Below the pieces are notes generated by a model. The model was not told where the DNA came from and made no database searches. It saw nothing but the letters and a program-made list of their open reading frames with translations. The position numbers were made by a program, and so were the translations under genes. A DNA stretch of 64,000 bases from Eledone cirrhosa (Eukaryota). The stretch covers positions 16,182,001 through 16,246,000 of the forward strand of contig OZ024756.1 in NCBI GenBank assembly GCA_964016885.1. The letters run 5' to 3'. Positions 59,432 to 64,000 of the stretch are shown here, in pieces; position 1 is the stretch's first letter; the number at the start of each line of letters is the position of its first letter.

Positions 59432-59830
59432 AATTGTTTCTACTTTTGGCACAAGGCCAGCAATTACGCAGTACATTACTGGTACTTTATTTTATCGACC
59501 CCCGTAAGGATGGAAGGCAAAGTTGACCTCGGCGGGATTTGAACTCAGAATGGAAAGGGCCGTAACTCTATGCGTCAAAGCATGACGCCCGACCCTCTAC
59601 CGATACTGGCAATCCACCGCCCTTATATATAAATATATAATAATTGTTTCTACATTTGGCACAAGGCCAGCAATTACCCAGAGCATTACTGGTACTTTAT
59701 TTTATCGACCCCGTAAGGATGAAAGGCAAAGTTAACCTCGGCGGGATTTGAACTGAGTCCGTAAAGGGACGTAACTGTGCTGCAAAGCATGGCGTCCGAC
59801 CCTCTACTGATACTGCCAATTCACCACCCT
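59432..59830 (-). mobile_element. Two tandem SINE family A copies
   Basis: Consensus match. Confidence 0.9.
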
Positions 59831-60503
59831 GAATATATATAAATATATAATAATAATAAGTTGATGGGACTAGCGTAAGGTTTCCCTGCTAGTACCGGTT
59901 GCATCTCAGCATACTCAATAGGCAAGGTTATGTGAAAATCTCAGAGTACACACAAAGTTATTTGCCTCAATACAACACGTAAATGGGTACCTCAAATCGT
60001 ACTAAGTTTCCGCCACACTTAATGCAGCAAGAGAGCATACAACATCTATTGTCTACATTTATTATGCAACAAAACACAATCGACGCATGTGACCTCCTCA
60101 GCGGGTGTCACCTAATCAATAACCAATCGATCAACAGAATTTGATTCCAGTCCATGCCGTCTATGGCAGTAAATGCGACAGGTGGCACAGTAGTACAGTA
60201 GTAACTGAAATCCCTACGCGTCATCAAAAGACCATCAACCGAGTGGCTACAGGTTCAGAAATTTACGTGTTGGCTCAGGCCCCCTCTCCATAATAACTCA
60301 ACCAACATATCTCATATCAAACACAAATTAATAAGTGAGTGAAAATATCGGTTATTAGAGAAAATCTGTCTCGAATCATAATACAGTAGGGTATAAATAT
60401 ATATATATATATGCATGTAAAAGGTAAACAGAAATAACAACACAATCGGTACAGTATATGGAAAGGATATATTAGCTTAACGCTTGATATAGCAGGAAGA
60501 GGG

Positions 60504-60539
60504 TCTTAACGTTTCGGACGCTAGTCCTTCATCAGAAGA
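60504..60539 (-). ncRNA. Minimal hammerhead ribozyme
   Basis: tctt-CTGATGA-a-ggac/gtcc-GAAAC-GTT-aaga. Confidence 0.68.
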
Positions 60540-60624
60540 AAGAATGAGAAATAAAAAAGATTAAGGGGATGGAATTGGAAAAAATGTCTTTAGATAAAAA
60601 TAATAGGATGTACATATATATGAT

Positions 60625-60740
60625 GGGCTTCTGCACAGTTTCTGTTTACCAAATTTCATTCACTATCCAAGCTGTCACCACACAGTGGGAAAGAACCTGA
60701 AACCATGTGGTTGAATGCCCTGACCACACAGCCATGCCTA
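60625..60740 (-). mobile_element. SINE family C relic; other fragments at about 54290-54378, 57146-57210 and 63715-63760
   Basis: Shared ggcttc..cagtttctgt.tac.aaatt.ca motif; tRNA-like ggcatggctgtgtggt head. Confidence 0.55.
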
Positions 60741-60776
60741 TACTCTCACTCTCTCTCTCTCTCTGTATATGTACAT

Positions 60777-61168
60777 AATTGTTTCTACTATTGGCACAAG
60801 GCCAGCAACTACCCCAGTGCATTACTGGTACTTTATTTTATCGACCCGTAAGGATGAAAGGCAAAGTTAACCTCGGTGGGATTTGAACTCACATAAAGGG
60901 ACGTAACTCTTTGCTTCAAAGCATGGTGTCCGACCCTCTACCGATACTGCCAATCCACTGCCCTTATATGTATATGTACATTATTGTTTCTACTTTTTGC
61001 ACAAGGCCAGCAATTAACCAGTGTATTACTGGTACTTTATTTTATCAACCCCCATAAGGAGGAAATGCAAAGTTAACCTGAGCGGGATTTGAACTCAGAA
61101 TGGCAAGGGCCGTAATTCAATGCGTCAAAGCATGGTGTCCGACCCTCTACCGCTACTGCCAATCCACC
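60777..61168 (-). mobile_element. Two tandem SINE family A copies
   Basis: Consensus match. Confidence 0.88.
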
Positions 61169-61734
61169 TGGTCCAGTCTGTTATTGTGTCCCCCCTCCCA
61201 CACACGTCTCCCCTCCTCCACTCTGGTCCCATCACCTCCTACTACCACCCCACTCTTCATTCCTCTTGTCTTAGCACAACTTTTTCCAACTGGTCCTTAC
61301 ATTCCCTTCCGCTCTCTCTTCTTTCTCTCTCTCTCTCTCTCTCTCCTTCCTCTCTCTCTCTTGCTCTCTCTTATTCCTTCTTTCTCTTCTTCCTTCCTCT
61401 CTCTCTCCTGTCTCTCTTTCCTCCCTCCTTCCTCTCTCTCCTTCCCCTCTCTCTCTTCCTCTCCAATTTAGTTCCCCTACCTACTCCCTCCCCTCCCATC
61501 ATCCCAGCTGGTCCTTAATTCTCTTATGTCATCCCCCCCCCCCACAGACTTTAGTTCTATCAATACCCCCACCCCACATCACTTGTCCTTAAGCTTTTGA
61601 ATATTCATGACACACCCCCTGCCAGTATTAGAAAAGCTTTCATAACACACACACATACTGAACTCAATGTACACACACACACCACACTGCACACATATAC
61701 AACACATAAACATACACCACACTGCACACACACA

Positions 61735-62605
61735 CACACTGCCACAACACTGCCATACCATCACCCCTGCCATACCATCACCCCTGCCACACCACTGCCA
61801 TACCATCACCCCTGCCACAACACTGCCATATCATCACCACTGCCATACCATCACCACTGCCATACCATCACCCCTGCCACACCACTGCCATACCATCACC
61901 CCTGCCACAACACTGCCATATCATCACTACTGCCATACCATCACCCCTGCCACACCACTGCCATATCATCACTACTGCCATACCATCACCCCTGCCACAC
62001 CACTGCCATACCATCACCCCTGCCACACCACTGCCATATCATCACTACTGTCATACCATCACCACTGCCATATCATTACTCCTGCCACACCACTGCCATA
62101 CCATCACCCCTGCCACACCACTGCCATACCATCAACACTGCCATATCATCACCACTGCCATACCATCACCCCTGCCACACCACTGCCATACCATCAACAC
62201 CACCACTAGCATACTTGCCATACCATCAACATCACCATCACCTGTGTCATTGTCACACCCTCCCTTATCTACTCTCCCATTATTTCAGGCAACCATCTAG
62301 ACATCCATTAACCCACCCACCATTCCACCCATCTATCTACCCATCCATTAACCCACCCACCATTCCACCCATCCATTAACCCACCCACCATTACCCCCAT
62401 CTATCTACCCATCCATTAACCCACCAAACATTCCACCCATCCATTAACCCACCCACCATTACACCCATCCATTAACCCACCCACCATTCCACCCATCCAT
62501 TAACCCACCCACCATTACACCCATCTATCTACCCATCCATTAACCCACCCACCATTCCACCCATCCATTAACCCACCCACCATTCCACCCATCTATCTAC
62601 CCACC
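61735..62605. repeat. C/A-rich minisatellites (cactgccataccatcacc type to about 62240; ccatccattaacccacccacc type from about 62300)
   Basis: Direct reading. Confidence 0.88.
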
Positions 62606-62662
62606 AACAACCTTCCCATATTGACTCATCATGGCCAAATTAAGATCATTAGGCCCACAATG

Positions 62663-63685
62663 TGACATCTTGGTCAAGTGTTATTTATCCCACCCTCACC
62701 TTGACCCCGACATCTTGGTCAAGTATCACCAGCCTCACCTTGACACTTGACATCTTGGTCAAGTGTCACCCATCCTCAGCTTGATCCTGACATCTTGGTC
62801 AAGTGTCACCAGCCTCACCTTGACCCTGACATCTTGGTCTAGTGTCACCAGCCTCACCTTGACCCTGACATCTTGGTTTAGTGTCACCAGCCTCACCTTG
62901 AACCTGACACCTTGGTCTAGTGTCACCAGCCTCACCTTGAACCTGACATCTTGGTCAAGTGTTACCACCCTCACCTTGACTCTGACATCTTGGTCAAGTG
63001 TCACCACAGCCTCACCTTGACCCTGACATCTTGGTTTAGTGTCACCAGCCTCACCTTGAACCTGACACCTTGGTCTAGTGTCACAAGCCTCACCTTGAAC
63101 CTGACATCTTGGTCAAGTGTTACCACCCTCACCTTGACTCTGACATCTTGGTCAAGTGTCACCACAGCCTCACCTTGACCATGACATCTTGGTCAAGTGT
63201 CACCCCATCCTCAGCTTGACCCTGACATCTTGGTCAAGTGTTACCCATCATCAGCTTGACCCTGACATCTTGGTCAAGTGTTACCACCCTCACCTTGAAC
63301 CTGACATCTTGGTCAAGTGTTACCACCCTCACCTTGACCCTGACATCTTGGTCAAGTGTCACCCCATCCTCAGCTTGACCCTGACATCTTGGTCAAGTGT
63401 TACCCATCATCAGCTTGACCCTGACATCTTGGTCAAGTGTTACCACCCTCACCTTGAACCTGACATCTTGGTCAAGTGTTACCACCCTCACCTTGACCCT
63501 GACATCTTGGTCAAGTGTCACCCCCTCCTCACCTTGACCCTGACATCTTGGTCAAGTGTCACCCCATCCTCAGCTTGACCCTGACATCTTGGTCAAGTGT
63601 CACCACAGCCTCACCTTGACCCTGACATCTTGGTCAAGTGTCACCCCATCCTCAGCTTGACCCTGACATCTTGGTCAAGTGTCAT
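62663..63685 (+). repeat. 39-41-bp minisatellite, about 26 copies, with a palindromic core
   Basis: tgacatcttggtcaagtgtca plus related linkers (cca..ctcaccttgaccc). Confidence 0.92.
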
Positions 63686-64000
63686 TCACCACACCCTCAG
63701 CTTGACACATACTTTGTCAGTGAAATTTGGTAGACAGAAACTGTTTAGAAGCCTGCCAGATGTTCTTTTCTTGTAATTCGAAAGGTCAGCCTTGTCACAC
63801 ACTGTGTCATGCTGAATCTCCCTGAGAACTATATCAAGGATACACCTATCTGTGGAATGCTCAGCCACTTACACCTTAATTTCACAAGCAGGCTGTACCA
63901 TTGAACACAGGTTGATTCCAATCCAACACCCCCATCCCCACTTATCTGAAACCCCTCCCCCAATCTACCCCCCCCCCCCTCCCCCCATCATGTAACAGAA

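Noticed and set aside
62663-63685. CRISPR array (palindromic repeat plus spacer)
   Set aside because: Linkers are near-identical to one another, no cas genes, eukaryotic context

Overview
AT-rich animal DNA. The microsatellite load and the SINE/RTE families resemble octopod cephalopod (Octopus-like) genomes; this is an inference. No host protein-coding exon can be supported: nearly all long ORFs are translations of (TA)n, (CT)n or (CA)n microsatellites or of minisatellites. Real content: (1) one intact-looking tRNA-Lys(UUU) gene with a 19-nt canonical intron (27009-27100, minus); (2) a decayed Penelope-like retroelement (RT plus C-terminal GIY-YIG) with direct and inverted pseudo-LTRs carrying hammerhead ribozymes; (3) about 14 intact or decayed minimal hammerhead motifs in total, mostly in short non-coding fold-back elements in or near TA microsatellites; (4) a four-copy family whose long hairpin looks like a hammerhead with the CUGANGA half overwritten by its own complement; (5) RTE and CR1 LINE relics, two identically deleted DD37D (maT-type) transposons, piggyBac-, hAT-, pogo- and mariner-like MITEs, a tandem Helitron-like element and more than 20 SINE copies; (6) several minisatellites that arose inside mobile elements. 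All calls are by eye and boundaries of decayed elements are approximate.
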